A DNA stretch of 64,000 bases, from positions 91,077 through 155,076 of the forward strand of contig JAXLVF010000006.1 of the NCBI GenBank assembly GCA_046329205.1. Reading direction: 5' to 3'. Source of the DNA: Flavobacteriaceae bacterium. Its GTDB lineage: Bacteria; Bacteroidota; Bacteroidia; Flavobacteriales; Flavobacteriaceae. The translations under genes were made by a program, and so were the position numbers. Below the pieces are notes generated by a model. That model ran no database searches. It was not told where the DNA came from and saw nothing but the letters and a program-made list of their open reading frames with translations. Positions 55,836 through 64,000 of this stretch are shown here, piece after piece. Each line of letters opens with the position of its first letter. The first letter of the stretch is position 1.

Positions 55836-57746
55836 ATGAATTCAATAGCGCAGAATATCGCGAATTTTTTAAAAGATTATGAGCCTTTCAATTATTTAAC
55901 CCATGAAGAATTGATATTGGTTTCATCAAGTATTAAGGTCATCAATCTTGAAAAAAATAAAGCTTTATTTAAAATTGATGATAAACTTCATGATAGTTTT
56001 TATGTTGTTGCCTCAGGTGTTGTTCATCTGTCATTTGTTGCAGATGCTGAAGAAACTTTGCTAAACAAGTGTTATCCTGGTGATATTTTTGGATTACGAC
56101 CATTTTTTGCAAAAAATAATTACATGATGACCGCAAAAGCTCGTGAAGATTGTATTATTTACGCTGTACCAATTAATGTTTTCAAACCTTTTGTTTCTTT
56201 GAATTCATCGGTTTTAGATTTTTTACTTGAAAGTTTCGCTACAAATACTAAAAATTCATTCGACAAAGAAAACAGAAATAATATTATCACCGACTCTATT
56301 TATAACGAACACACTTCTGGTGAAATCCAATATTTTCAATCATTAAGCTATAATAAAACGCCATTAAAAATAGCTGTAAATTCTATTGCAAAGGATGTTG
56401 CTCAATTAATGACCGATAACCTATCTAATAGTGCTATTGTAATTGAGAATGGCTTACCTGTTGGCATTGTTACGGATACGGATTTTAGAAGTAAAATTGC
56501 TAACGCCAGATTTCCTTTAAATTCGACAATAAATAAAATAATGTCTTCTCCAGTCATTACTGTTCCAGAAAATGTTTCTGTTGCCGAAGCACAGCTTTTA
56601 TTGCTAAAATATAATGTTAGTCATTTGTGCGTTACAGTTGATGGTACTGATAAAGCTGAAATTAAAGGTGTGATTTCTGAACATGATTTGGTTGTTGCAC
56701 AATCAAATAATCCTGGCGTTTTGATTAAAGAAACAAAACGAGCAATTACGCCAAAAGAGTTAAAACAGGTCAGAGAAAAACTCACTGAATTAATTCAAAC
56801 TTCTATTGCAAAAAACATTCCTTTACCTCATGTTTATAACATTGCTGGAGAAATTATTTTTGCAATAAATAAAAGAGCTGTAGAGCTTTCAATCTTAGAT
56901 TTAGGTTCACCTCCTGCCCGCTTTTGTTGGTTAAGTATTGGAAGTCAAGGAAGAAAAGAACAATTATTGTTAACAGACCAAGATAGTTTTTTGATTTTTG
57001 AAGATGTTGCTGAAGAAAAATACAAAGAGGTTAAGGACTATTTTCTAAAATTAGCAAAACGTACAACAGCTATCTTAGAAAAAGTTGGTTATTCATATTG
57101 CCCATATAACCACATGGCAAGTAATATGTTTTTGTGTAAATCATTGACAGACTGGATAAAACAATACAATAGTTGGATAAAAACTCCAGGCGAAAAATCA
57201 AATGAAATTAGTAGTATTTTCTTTGATTATGAAATGGTCTTTGGCGAGCAAAAACTTGAAGATACCATTACAGAAGTCATATTTAGTAATTCAAAAAATA
57301 ATTTGTTTTTTGATTATTTAGGAAATGATGCCTTGAGAAAAAGTGCTCCATTAAATTTCTTTAAAAAGTTTACTGTTGAAGAAGAAGGTGAAAATAAGGG
57401 AAAATTTGATATTAAAACAAAAGCTTTGATTCCATTGATTGATGGAGCAAGGTTATTTGCTTTGAGTTTGAAATTGAGAGGTATTAATAACACTTATTTG
57501 CGTTTTAAACAACTAGCAATTTCTGATCCTAAATATTCTGAAATATATCTTAATTGTGCTGAAGCATTTTTAACATTGTCAAAATTCAGAACTCTTGAAG
57601 GTTTGAAAAATGATAGTCCTGGGGATTTTATTAACTTAGAAGAATTATCAAAAGCTGATAAAGAAAAACTAAAAAATGCATTATCTCCTATGCGTGATTT
57701 AGAAGAACTAATTAAGGATAGATTTCAACTAACTCAATTTTCATAA
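55836..57746 (+). CDS. cNMP-binding + tandem CBS + DUF294 nucleotidyltransferase sensor protein
   Basis: The track start at 55830 is TTG, so I prefer ATG at 55836. Contains a cNMP-binding-like N-terminus, CBS pair and the nucleotidyltransferase motif LSIGSQGRKEQLLLTDQDSFLIF. Confidence 0.85.
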   Translation: MNSIAQNIANFLKDYEPFNYLTHEELILVSSSIKVINLEKNKALFKIDDKLHDSFYVVASGVVHLSFVADAEETLLNKCYPGDIFGLRPFFAKNNYMMTAKAREDCIIYAVPINVFKPFVSLNSSVLDFLLESFATNTKNSFDKENRNNIITDSIYNEHTSGEIQYFQSLSYNKTPLKIAVNSIAKDVAQLMTDNLSNSAIVIENGLPVGIVTDTDFRSKIANARFPLNSTINKIMSSPVITVPENVSVAEAQLLLLKYNVSHLCVTVDGTDKAEIKGVISEHDLVVAQSNNPGVLIKETKRAITPKELKQVREKLTELIQTSIAKNIPLPHVYNIAGEIIFAINKRAVELSILDLGSPPARFCWLSIGSQGRKEQLLLTDQDSFLIFEDVAEEKYKEVKDYFLKLAKRTTAILEKVGYSYCPYNHMASNMFLCKSLTDWIKQYNSWIKTPGEKSNEISSIFFDYEMVFGEQKLEDTITEVIFSNSKNNLFFDYLGNDALRKSAPLNFFKKFTVEEEGENKGKFDIKTKALIPLIDGARLFALSLKLRGINNTYLRFKQLAISDPKYSEIYLNCAEAFLTLSKFRTLEGLKNDSPGDFINLEELSKADKEKLKNALSPMRDLEELIKDRFQLTQFS

Positions 57747-58342
57747 TGTTTGACTGGATAAAAAATATAAACAAAGAATATCCCGAATTTTGGAAAGAAT
57801 ATTTATCAAAATTTGAGAAAAAATCCAACAGGTATGTTATTTTATCAACAGAAACAACTGGACTTAACCCCAAAAAGGATGTTATCCTTTCTTTTGGAGC
57901 AATAGCGGTTATCAATGACCAAATTGTTGTTCAAGATACTTTGGAACTTGTCATTCTTCAATATAAGTATTTACATGATAATGGAATGACAAACGAGTTT
58001 TTAGTTGAAACTAAACTCCCAAAATTTGCTGAACCAAATGCTCTTGAGGAATTGGTTAAATACATTGGAAACTCCACGCTTGTTGGACATAGAATTCATT
58101 TTGATATAGAAATGATTAATGAAGCTTTAGAAAAATTGAACTGTGGAAGAATTAAAAATGAGGCATTAGATATTGAGATTATGCATCAAAAATTGTATGA
58201 TATAACAAGTAAATCTTTTTCGTTAGATGAATTAGTTAAATCTTATAAAATTCCACAATCTGAGAGAAATTCAGCTATTGACGATGCTTATCTTATTGCA
58301 TTATTGTTTTTAAAACTGAAATCTAAACTTGGTTTAAAATAA
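57746..58342 (+). CDS. DnaQ/DEDDh-like 3'-5' exonuclease-fold protein with non-canonical active-site residues
   Basis: 198 aa. TAATG overlap with the DUF294 gene. Exo I reads VILSTETTG (Ser where Asp is expected), Exo II is GHRIHFDIEMI, and Exo III reads RNSAIDDA (Asn where His is expected). Confidence 0.75.
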   Translation: MFDWIKNINKEYPEFWKEYLSKFEKKSNRYVILSTETTGLNPKKDVILSFGAIAVINDQIVVQDTLELVILQYKYLHDNGMTNEFLVETKLPKFAEPNALEELVKYIGNSTLVGHRIHFDIEMINEALEKLNCGRIKNEALDIEIMHQKLYDITSKSFSLDELVKSYKIPQSERNSAIDDAYLIALLFLKLKSKLGLK

Positions 58343-58346
58343 AAAA

Positions 58347-58373
58347 AACCCATTCGAGTGAATGGGTTCTTTC
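58347..58373. terminator. Bidirectional hairpin terminator
   Basis: AACCCATTC-GAGT-GAATGGGTT with an upstream A-run and a downstream T-rich tract, between convergent genes. Confidence 0.6.
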
Positions 58374-58406
58374 GATCTGTCAAAATCAAACAAAACAATA
58401 ATCAAA

Positions 58407-58907
58407 CTATTTTTTTTTAATAAATATATTGGTATAATATTTTTTACCAGTTTGTGGATCAGAAGTAACAGATACACCAAAGTGAGTAAAATCGCCTTCC
58501 ATGTTTTCTCTATGTGCTGGAGAGTTTTTCCAAGCCGCAAAAGCACTTTCGGCAGTAATATAATTGTAGGCTACATTTTCAGAAACACGTTCTGCACCTA
58601 ATACTTGGATAAGATTGTTAGCTCTTTCCTGAAAGTAATCATGGCTCACAGCTTGCTTTTCAATCATGTACTCATTGTGTCCTTCAGACTTATATGAAAT
58701 ATGGTTAATTACTTCAAGTCTGGATTTACCTAAGCTAGCTCTGTAATCGTTTATAAGCTGAACAAGTTTTAGTTCGGTATCGTTGTAAGAGTAATTGGTA
58801 ACGATTTGTTTATCAGCTGCGTTATCTTCTGAAGCGTCAGAAGAACAAGAGACCATAGTGAACACGATTGCTAACGGCAATAATGCTCTGAACATTTTTG
58901 CTTTCAT
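58407..58907 (-). CDS. CAP/SCP/PR-1-domain lipoprotein
   Basis: 166 aa. Lipobox TMVSC. HSEGHNEYM-like and AWKNSPAHRENM / FTHFGVS blocks are typical of CAP domains. Confidence 0.8.
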   Translation of the reverse strand: MKAKMFRALLPLAIVFTMVSCSSDASEDNAADKQIVTNYSYNDTELKLVQLINDYRASLGKSRLEVINHISYKSEGHNEYMIEKQAVSHDYFQERANNLIQVLGAERVSENVAYNYITAESAFAAWKNSPAHRENMEGDFTHFGVSVTSDPQTGKKYYTNIFIKKK

Positions 58908-59033
58908 AGTAGTAGGTTAAGTTTTTAATAAAGTAGATGTGGGGCAAACACTTTATTGAGTTAATATTGACAGAACGTATTGTTTGATTTGGTGAGACAA
59001 TATTAACCAAAACAACGATTAAATAACAAATAA

Positions 59034-59048
59034 AATCGATGAAATGCA
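59034..59048 (+). promoter_or_regulatory. Best copy of recurrent intergenic box AATCGATGAAATGCA
   Basis: Related copies occur at 8336-8350, 34344-34358, 43690-43704 (minus strand), 55500-55514 and 55530-55544. Confidence 0.3.
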
Positions 59049-59143
59049 ATATATTTTATTTTTATACTACTTAATTCCTACAAATTACATTTTGTCGATA
59101 GTTTGAAATTTAATTATATATTTAAACGTTTAAATATAAAACC

Positions 59144-59710
59144 ATGTTGGAAATCAATTTTCACCCATTTAAAACTTTATATACTGAGAGGTTAATTTTA
59201 AGAAGATTAACAGAAAATGATTTAGAAACCATTTTCAAGCTTAGAAGTAACCCAGAGTTGATGAAATATATCCCAAGACCATTGGTAAAAACAATGGATG
59301 ATGCAAAAGGACATTTTGAAATGATAGAGAATAAAATTGAAAATAATGAAGGCATCAACTGGGGAATTGCTCTGAAAAAAGAACCGCAGAAAGCTTTTGG
59401 GGTAATTGGCCATTATAGAATATCACCAGAAAATCACCGTTCAGAAATTGGATATATGATTTTAGACGAATATAGTGGTAATGGATATGTTACAGAAGCA
59501 ATAGAATCAGTATTGGATTATGGCTTTAATGATTTAAAGTTACACTCAATAGAAGCTGTAATTGACCCTGATAATATAGGTTCAGAAAGAGTTCTTCAAA
59601 AATGCGGATTTGTAAAAGAAGCACATATTTTGGAAAATGAACTATTTGAAGATAAATTTTGGGATACTGTAATTTATTCAATTTTGAAGAAAAACTATAA
59701 AAAGAAATAG
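59144..59710 (+). CDS. GNAT-family (RimJ/RimL-like) N-acetyltransferase
   Basis: 188 aa. TERLILRRLTENDLE N-terminus and GNGYVTEA...LQKCGF acetyl-CoA-binding blocks. Confidence 0.85.
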   Translation: MLEINFHPFKTLYTERLILRRLTENDLETIFKLRSNPELMKYIPRPLVKTMDDAKGHFEMIENKIENNEGINWGIALKKEPQKAFGVIGHYRISPENHRSEIGYMILDEYSGNGYVTEAIESVLDYGFNDLKLHSIEAVIDPDNIGSERVLQKCGFVKEAHILENELFEDKFWDTVIYSILKKNYKKK

Positions 59711-59738
59711 GTTGACAAATTTGTCAACCTATTCTTTT
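59709..59738. terminator. Bidirectional hairpin terminator
   Basis: Perfect 22-nt palindrome AGGTTGACAAATTTGTCAACCT followed by ATTCTTTT. Confidence 0.6.
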
Positions 59739-59779
59739 CGATGACTAAGCCATCGAAACTAACCAGTAATTATTAAATT

Positions 59780-60424
59780 TTAAAAAACAAACTTAAATCC
59801 GAATGATAAAGGAGTTGTTAATGTAGGATCACTTCCGTGTAAAGCACCATTATAAGTTGACTCAACATTAGCAACATGAGCTAAAGAGAAGTTTGTAACT
59901 GTTGTTTTTTCTCCACCATCAGGTTTTAAAGTAGTTGAAGTGAAGTTTGCTAAATCATATGAAAACTCAACAGAGAAGTTTTTAGTTACAAAGAAATCAA
60001 AACCACCAGACATTGATACACCAAATTGAGAAACTTTCATATCTGTTGTATCTTCTTTACCTGAGATAATTGGAGTTGCTAATTGACCAAAGAAATAAAA
60101 GTTACCGGCTACATTCCAATATTTTCTAACTAATGGTTGGAAAACATATAGTTTTGTGTTTAAGTCCACGGTTGCACCACCAACATCGGCATTGTCAGCT
60201 TTTAGGTTAATATAACCTATACCAGCTCCTACAGCAACAGATGGTGTAACAAATGTACCTACAATCGGAATAACTGTTAAATTAGTTGATTTAACATCTC
60301 CTTGTTTTGTTTGTTGATAACCAAATTGTGATGTAGCAAACCATGCACCTTGTAAACCTTTATTCTCTTGAGCATTTGCAGCAAATCCAGCAAAAATTAA
60401 CGCTACTAATAAAATTTTTTTCAT
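59780..60424 (-). CDS. Small outer-membrane beta-barrel protein
   Basis: Start re-set to MKKILLVALIFAGFAANAQ (ATG at 60422-60424). Alternating strands and a C-terminal ...SFGFKFVF. Confidence 0.75.
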   Translation of the reverse strand: MKKILLVALIFAGFAANAQENKGLQGAWFATSQFGYQQTKQGDVKSTNLTVIPIVGTFVTPSVAVGAGIGYINLKADNADVGGATVDLNTKLYVFQPLVRKYWNVAGNFYFFGQLATPIISGKEDTTDMKVSQFGVSMSGGFDFFVTKNFSVEFSYDLANFTSTTLKPDGGEKTTVTNFSLAHVANVESTYNGALHGSDPTLTTPLSFGFKFVF

Positions 60425-60541
60425 GTTTGAAATTAGTTTTAAATTATACCCCAAAAGTATTCCCAACATTTTGTTAAAAAACTGATATAAATCATAGAAA
60501 TATATTTTTTTACACCATACAATATACTCGTCAAATTGTTT

Positions 60542-60549
60542 TAGATTTG
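60542..60549 (+). promoter_or_regulatory. Candidate -7 box TAGATTTG
   Basis: TAnnTTTG 9 nt upstream of the smpB ATG. Confidence 0.35.
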
Positions 60550-60557
60550 CACCATAT

Positions 60558-61013
60558 ATGGAAAAAACGATTAATATACTTAATAGAAAAGCCAAATTTG
60601 ATTATGAAATAATCGAGACTTATACTGCTGGAATAGTTTTGACTGGAACGGAAATAAAGTCTATTAGATTAGGAAAAGCTAACATAGCTGATAGCTTTTG
60701 TGAATTTCACAACGGAGAACTTTTTGCTATCAATACTCAAATAGATGAATATTTGTTCGGCAATCAATTTAATCATAAAGCAAAGAGCGAACGAAAACTG
60801 TTGCTAAATAGAAGAGAATTGAAAAAATTGGAAAGAGCTTTGGACACAAAAGGTTTAACAATTGTTCCACTAAAGCTTTTTACAAACGAAAAAGGATTGG
60901 CTAAGCTTGATATTGGTCTGTGTAGAGGTAAGAAAACCTATGATAAAAGAGAAAGTTTAAAATCTCAAGATGTTCAAAGAGATTTGGATAGAATTAAAAA
61001 AGCTTATAAATAA
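60558..61013 (+). CDS. smpB: SsrA-binding protein SmpB
   Basis: 151 aa. [18 protein letters not shown] and the basic C-terminal tail. Confidence 0.95.
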   Translation: MEKTINILNRKAKFDYEIIETYTAGIVLTGTEIKSIRLGKANIADSFCEFHNGELFAINTQIDEYLFGNQFNHKAKSERKLLLNRRELKKLERALDTKGLTIVPLKLFTNEKGLAKLDIGLCRGKKTYDKRESLKSQDVQRDLDRIKKAYK

Positions 61014-61041
61014 AAAAACCACCAAATTTGGTGGTTTTTTT
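61014..61041. terminator. Bidirectional hairpin terminator
   Basis: AAAAAAACCACCAAATTTGGTGGTTTTTTT. Confidence 0.7.
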
Positions 61042-61042
61042 A

Positions 61043-64000
61043 TTATTTAAATCCTACAATTTGTTCTTCGGCAGTGATTACTTCATCAACATATTTTTTA
61101 TATTCAGCATATTCTGTTGTAGAAATATTGTCCCAAGGAATGCTCACAGTTCTTTTTATTTTTAGAACGTTAGGCAAGGTATGTTCAAAAACTAATTCGT
61201 AGTTATGTTGCTTAAACGCAAACTTTTTGTTTTCTGGAATTTCAATAAATTTTTTCCCTTCAGGAATTTTAATTTCTAGAGTTGATTGATATTCTTTACA
61301 GTTTTCGTAACGAATGTAATTGATGTCCATTTTTCGAGTTTCTTGAGCTATAATATCTCTAGTGTAAACCTTTTCTAAAAATGGCATATCGGTAATTTTC
61401 AAACTTCCAACTGATTGAGTTTTTTCAGGAATTGTAAAGTTGGTTTCAAAAGTTATAAAATCGTCATAGGTTTTGTTTTCTACCAATTTATCCGATTGCA
61501 AAGTCATGTTCTTTTTCAACCTTTTGCTGAATAAATCTTCCAATTCTTTTTTTCTTACATCATCTGTTGTTGCATTTGAAAACAATTGATTGTAGTACGA
61601 TTTCAATGCTCCAAAAATTTGATGTTGACTAACCATAGTTTTTGAGTTGTCATCAATTGTAAGTGTTGATTTCGTTATCAATTTATCTACAGTAGCATTT
61701 TTGAATGGAATTTGAATTAGAGAAACATTTTCATTTTCATTTTTGTCAAATGAAATTACCAAAGCATTGGCATTATAAAGAGAAATTGGCAATGCTTGGA
61801 AAGGAAGATATTTATCTGTTAATTCAAGGAAAAATTCTTTTCCATCAATAGTAGTTTTTACAATACAATGGTTAAAATCAATAGCAGGAAGTCGCATGTT
61901 TTTGTAACCATTATCATTTGTAGAAACTAAAACAAGATTTGATTTTAAACCAGCTTGTTGAGACAATGCAACAAATAATGTTGATACATCTTTACAATCT
62001 CCTAATTTGGTTGTGATTGTTTTAGATGGTTTTTGAGGAACATAACCACTTTGTCTGAAGTCTAGTGAGCTGTATGTGATGTTGTCTTCAATATAGCTGT
62101 AAATCTTCTTAGCAATTTCAGTTTGTGATAGACTTTGATATCCATTTGGAAATATTTGGTCAAAAGTATTTTTGGTAATTTTATCAATCAACAAATTCTT
62201 TTTCACTAGATCACTGTACCAATTAGCAATTTCCTTCCAAGATTTTATAGTACTCACTTTTATAGAGTTTGTCATATCACCATATGCTGGCGCATAATCT
62301 TCTATCAAAGGAATTGCTGGCGAATTTAATTTCTTCCAGGTTGTACAGGTTTTATTATTTATTTTTTTGGTAACTGGCGTGATATCTCCATTTATAAGCG
62401 ATGAATTATAAGTAACATCATTCGGATGAATCAAAGTAAATAAAACTTCAGCTTCAGGATAGGTACTGTTGAAATAACAACCTAAATTAAAATCTTTAAA
62501 AAATCGACCTGTGTTGTTGTCATAATCTTCATACTGAATGAAGATTACATCACCTACTTTCAAATCAGAAAACACAAGCGTTCCACTTCCCTCTTCTGCC
62601 GGAGCAATAGAGCCATCAGCTTTAACAATTTCTGATTTTAATAGATTTGTATAAGAACCCAAGTTGTATTCTTTTAATTCTTCAATTCCGTTTTCGGCAG
62701 TTATCTCATATACATAAGTAACCTTTGATTTTCTTCCGCCTTCAGGTAAAATATTTACAATATATTCATCTAGAAGCACCACTACTCCATAGTCACTTTT
62801 TAGTTTAGAGTTGCGTTTTTCTTTTATGAATTTGTATAAATCTTTGTGTGCAACTTCTTCAATTTCATCAGGATTCTTTGTTATATCGTATAATTGTTTT
62901 CTTAAAGCATTGTTTTCTGAGTTGTGAATTAATGCTTCTCTGATGTATTTTTCTGCTTCTTTTGTATTGTTCATATAATTATAAACCATACCTTTTTTCT
63001 CAAGCAACACAAACGAGTATGGAAATAATCCAAGCGCATCATCAATAGCTTTTAATGCTTCAGGGTATTTTTTCTCTTCAATTAAGTTTTCAATTACATC
63101 GCCAGCAACTCCGGTAAAATAAGGATATAGTCTTAATCTATCTTCAAATATTTTTTTAACATCATCTTTTCGGTTTGCATCTCTGTAGTACTGAACAAGT
63201 TTTGATAAGGCAGAGAAATTATCTTTTTTAGCATACAAGTCCTCGAGCATTTTCAGTGTCTTGTCTTTGTTTTTTTCCAAATTATCATACAATGGTGCCA
63301 TTGTTGTAATGTAGAACTCAGAGTTGTGTGATTGTTCAATAAGTTGATCAACATTTACAAGCATTTCTTTGATTTTAGAATTCCTAGCATTAATAAGAAA
63401 TTCATATAGTAAACCAATGGTCGGTGACTCTAGCTTTTTAGCTCTTTCCTTATATTTTTCAATTTCAACAATATTAGTTTCTCTAAGCCAATCACTGTCT
63501 TGAGCTTTGGTGGCTAATGTGTAGAAATAATCAGGATCATTAATTTCTATGTTCTTGTTAATTTCATTCACTTTGGCGTTATCTCCTTTTTTTGCATAAT
63601 AGTCAGCCAAACGTGTTTTAATCATTGAACTATTTGGATATTTTGCATCTAACTCTTCGATTACATCAAATGCTTTTTCTAATTTCCTGTTATGCATATA
63701 TCCATCAAAAAGAAGAATTTTATACACAACATCATTTGGATTTTCTTTCGATTTTTTATCAAAATAATCTTCATAGTAAGCATTAAATGTATTAACATCC
63801 AAATCTTGCAATGTAGATTTGTTGTATGGTTTGTATGTATTATGATAAACTAATCCATCAACTTTTTTCCCATTTGCATCTGTCAAGGATGTGAAAAAAT
63901 AACAGTTACCAGAATTAATAGATGACTTAACTAAAATTCTATTTATTCCTTTTGGCATTTTCACACTAAATTTAAAAGCATCTAAATCAGTATATTCAAT
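61043..64000 (-). CDS. DUF3857 / transglutaminase-like domain protein with TPR repeats; N-terminus off the window
   Basis: The frame stays open to position 64000 (IEYTDLDAFKFSVKMPKG...), so the track start is internal. Contains TPR-like helical repeats and the transglutaminase-core block KLGDCKDVSTLF. Confidence 0.7.
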   Translation of the reverse strand: MEYTDLDAFKFSVKMPKGINRILVKSSINSGNCYFFTSLTDANGKKVDGLVYHNTYKPYNKSTLQDLDVNTFNAYYEDYFDKKSKENPNDVVYKILLFDGYMHNRKLEKAFDVIEELDAKYPNSSMIKTRLADYYAKKGDNAKVNEINKNIEINDPDYFYTLATKAQDSDWLRETNIVEIEKYKERAKKLESPTIGLLYEFLINARNSKIKEMLVNVDQLIEQSHNSEFYITTMAPLYDNLEKNKDKTLKMLEDLYAKKDNFSALSKLVQYYRDANRKDDVKKIFEDRLRLYPYFTGVAGDVIENLIEEKKYPEALKAIDDALGLFPYSFVLLEKKGMVYNYMNNTKEAEKYIREALIHNSENNALRKQLYDITKNPDEIEEVAHKDLYKFIKEKRNSKLKSDYGVVVLLDEYIVNILPEGGRKSKVTYVYEITAENGIEELKEYNLGSYTNLLKSEIVKADGSIAPAEEGSGTLVFSDLKVGDVIFIQYEDYDNNTGRFFKDFNLGCYFNSTYPEAEVLFTLIHPNDVTYNSSLINGDITPVTKKINNKTCTTWKKLNSPAIPLIEDYAPAYGDMTNSIKVSTIKSWKEIANWYSDLVKKNLLIDKITKNTFDQIFPNGYQSLSQTEIAKKIYSYIEDNITYSSLDFRQSGYVPQKPSKTITTKLGDCKDVSTLFVALSQQAGLKSNLVLVSTNDNGYKNMRLPAIDFNHCIVKTTIDGKEFFLELTDKYLPFQALPISLYNANALVISFDKNENENVSLIQIPFKNATVDKLITKSTLTIDDNSKTMVSQHQIFGALKSYYNQLFSNATTDDVRKKELEDLFSKRLKKNMTLQSDKLVENKTYDDFITFETNFTIPEKTQSVGSLKITDMPFLEKVYTRDIIAQETRKMDINYIRYENCKEYQSTLEIKIPEGKKFIEIPENKKFAFKQHNYELVFEHTLPNVLKIKRTVSIPWDNISTTEYAEYKKYVDEVITAEEQIVGFK

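Noticed and set aside
58334-58601. ORFs 58334-58546 (-) and 58362-58601 (+)
   Set aside because: They span the intergenic terminator hairpin and overlap the 3' end of the well-supported CAP-domain gene.
1-64000. Search for CRISPR arrays, rRNA/tRNA genes, transposases, integrases or prophage blocks
   Set aside because: There are no regularly spaced direct repeats and no GC-richer structured-RNA-like islands in the intergenic gaps. No ORF has recognisable DDE, tyrosine-recombinase or serine-recombinase motifs. The only mobile-looking unit is the transposase-less GxxExxY cassette, reported separately.

Overview
Visibly AT-rich chromosomal segment that looks like Bacteroidota, class Flavobacteriia. 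Three things support this: a type-9-secretion C-terminal sorting domain, many TAnnTTTG -7 promoter boxes 20-40 nt upstream of start codons, and flavobacterial-type gene content. I call about 55 protein genes. I saw no rRNA, tRNA, CRISPR array, transposase or integrase. Most of the window is housekeeping or envelope content, including ychF, parE/parC, fhs, murQ, smpB, kdsC, maf, two two-component systems, OmpA-like and beta-barrel proteins, transporters and methyltransferases. The stand-out is a tightly packed five-gene, 9.9-kb operon at 43862-53727 that resembles a Pel-type (GalNAc/GalN-rich) exopolysaccharide machine with a non-canonical parts list. It has a PelF-like GT4, a 12-TM PelG-like protein with an extra N-terminal domain, a stand-alone GH114/PelA-hydrolase-like enzyme, and an orphan ~13-TM protein. 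It ends with a 1297-aa lipoprotein that appears to fuse a deacetylase module, a TPR-like scaffold and an outer-membrane beta-barrel. No PelC/PelD/PelE equivalents and no c-di-GMP receptor are visible. Other points of interest: (1) parE is split by a single-base frameshift exactly at the transducer/TOPRIM boundary. (2) A GxxExxY gene cassette bounded by inverted and direct repeats sits between parE and parC. (3) A CG-containing 15-nt box (consensus ATCGATGAAATGCA) recurs in at least five intergenic regions, including both flanks of the Pel-like locus. (4) A DnaQ-like protein coupled to a DUF294 sensor has substitutions at two catalytic positions. (5) There are several candidate operators. All family assignments come from motif reading by eye and need HMM or structure confirmation.
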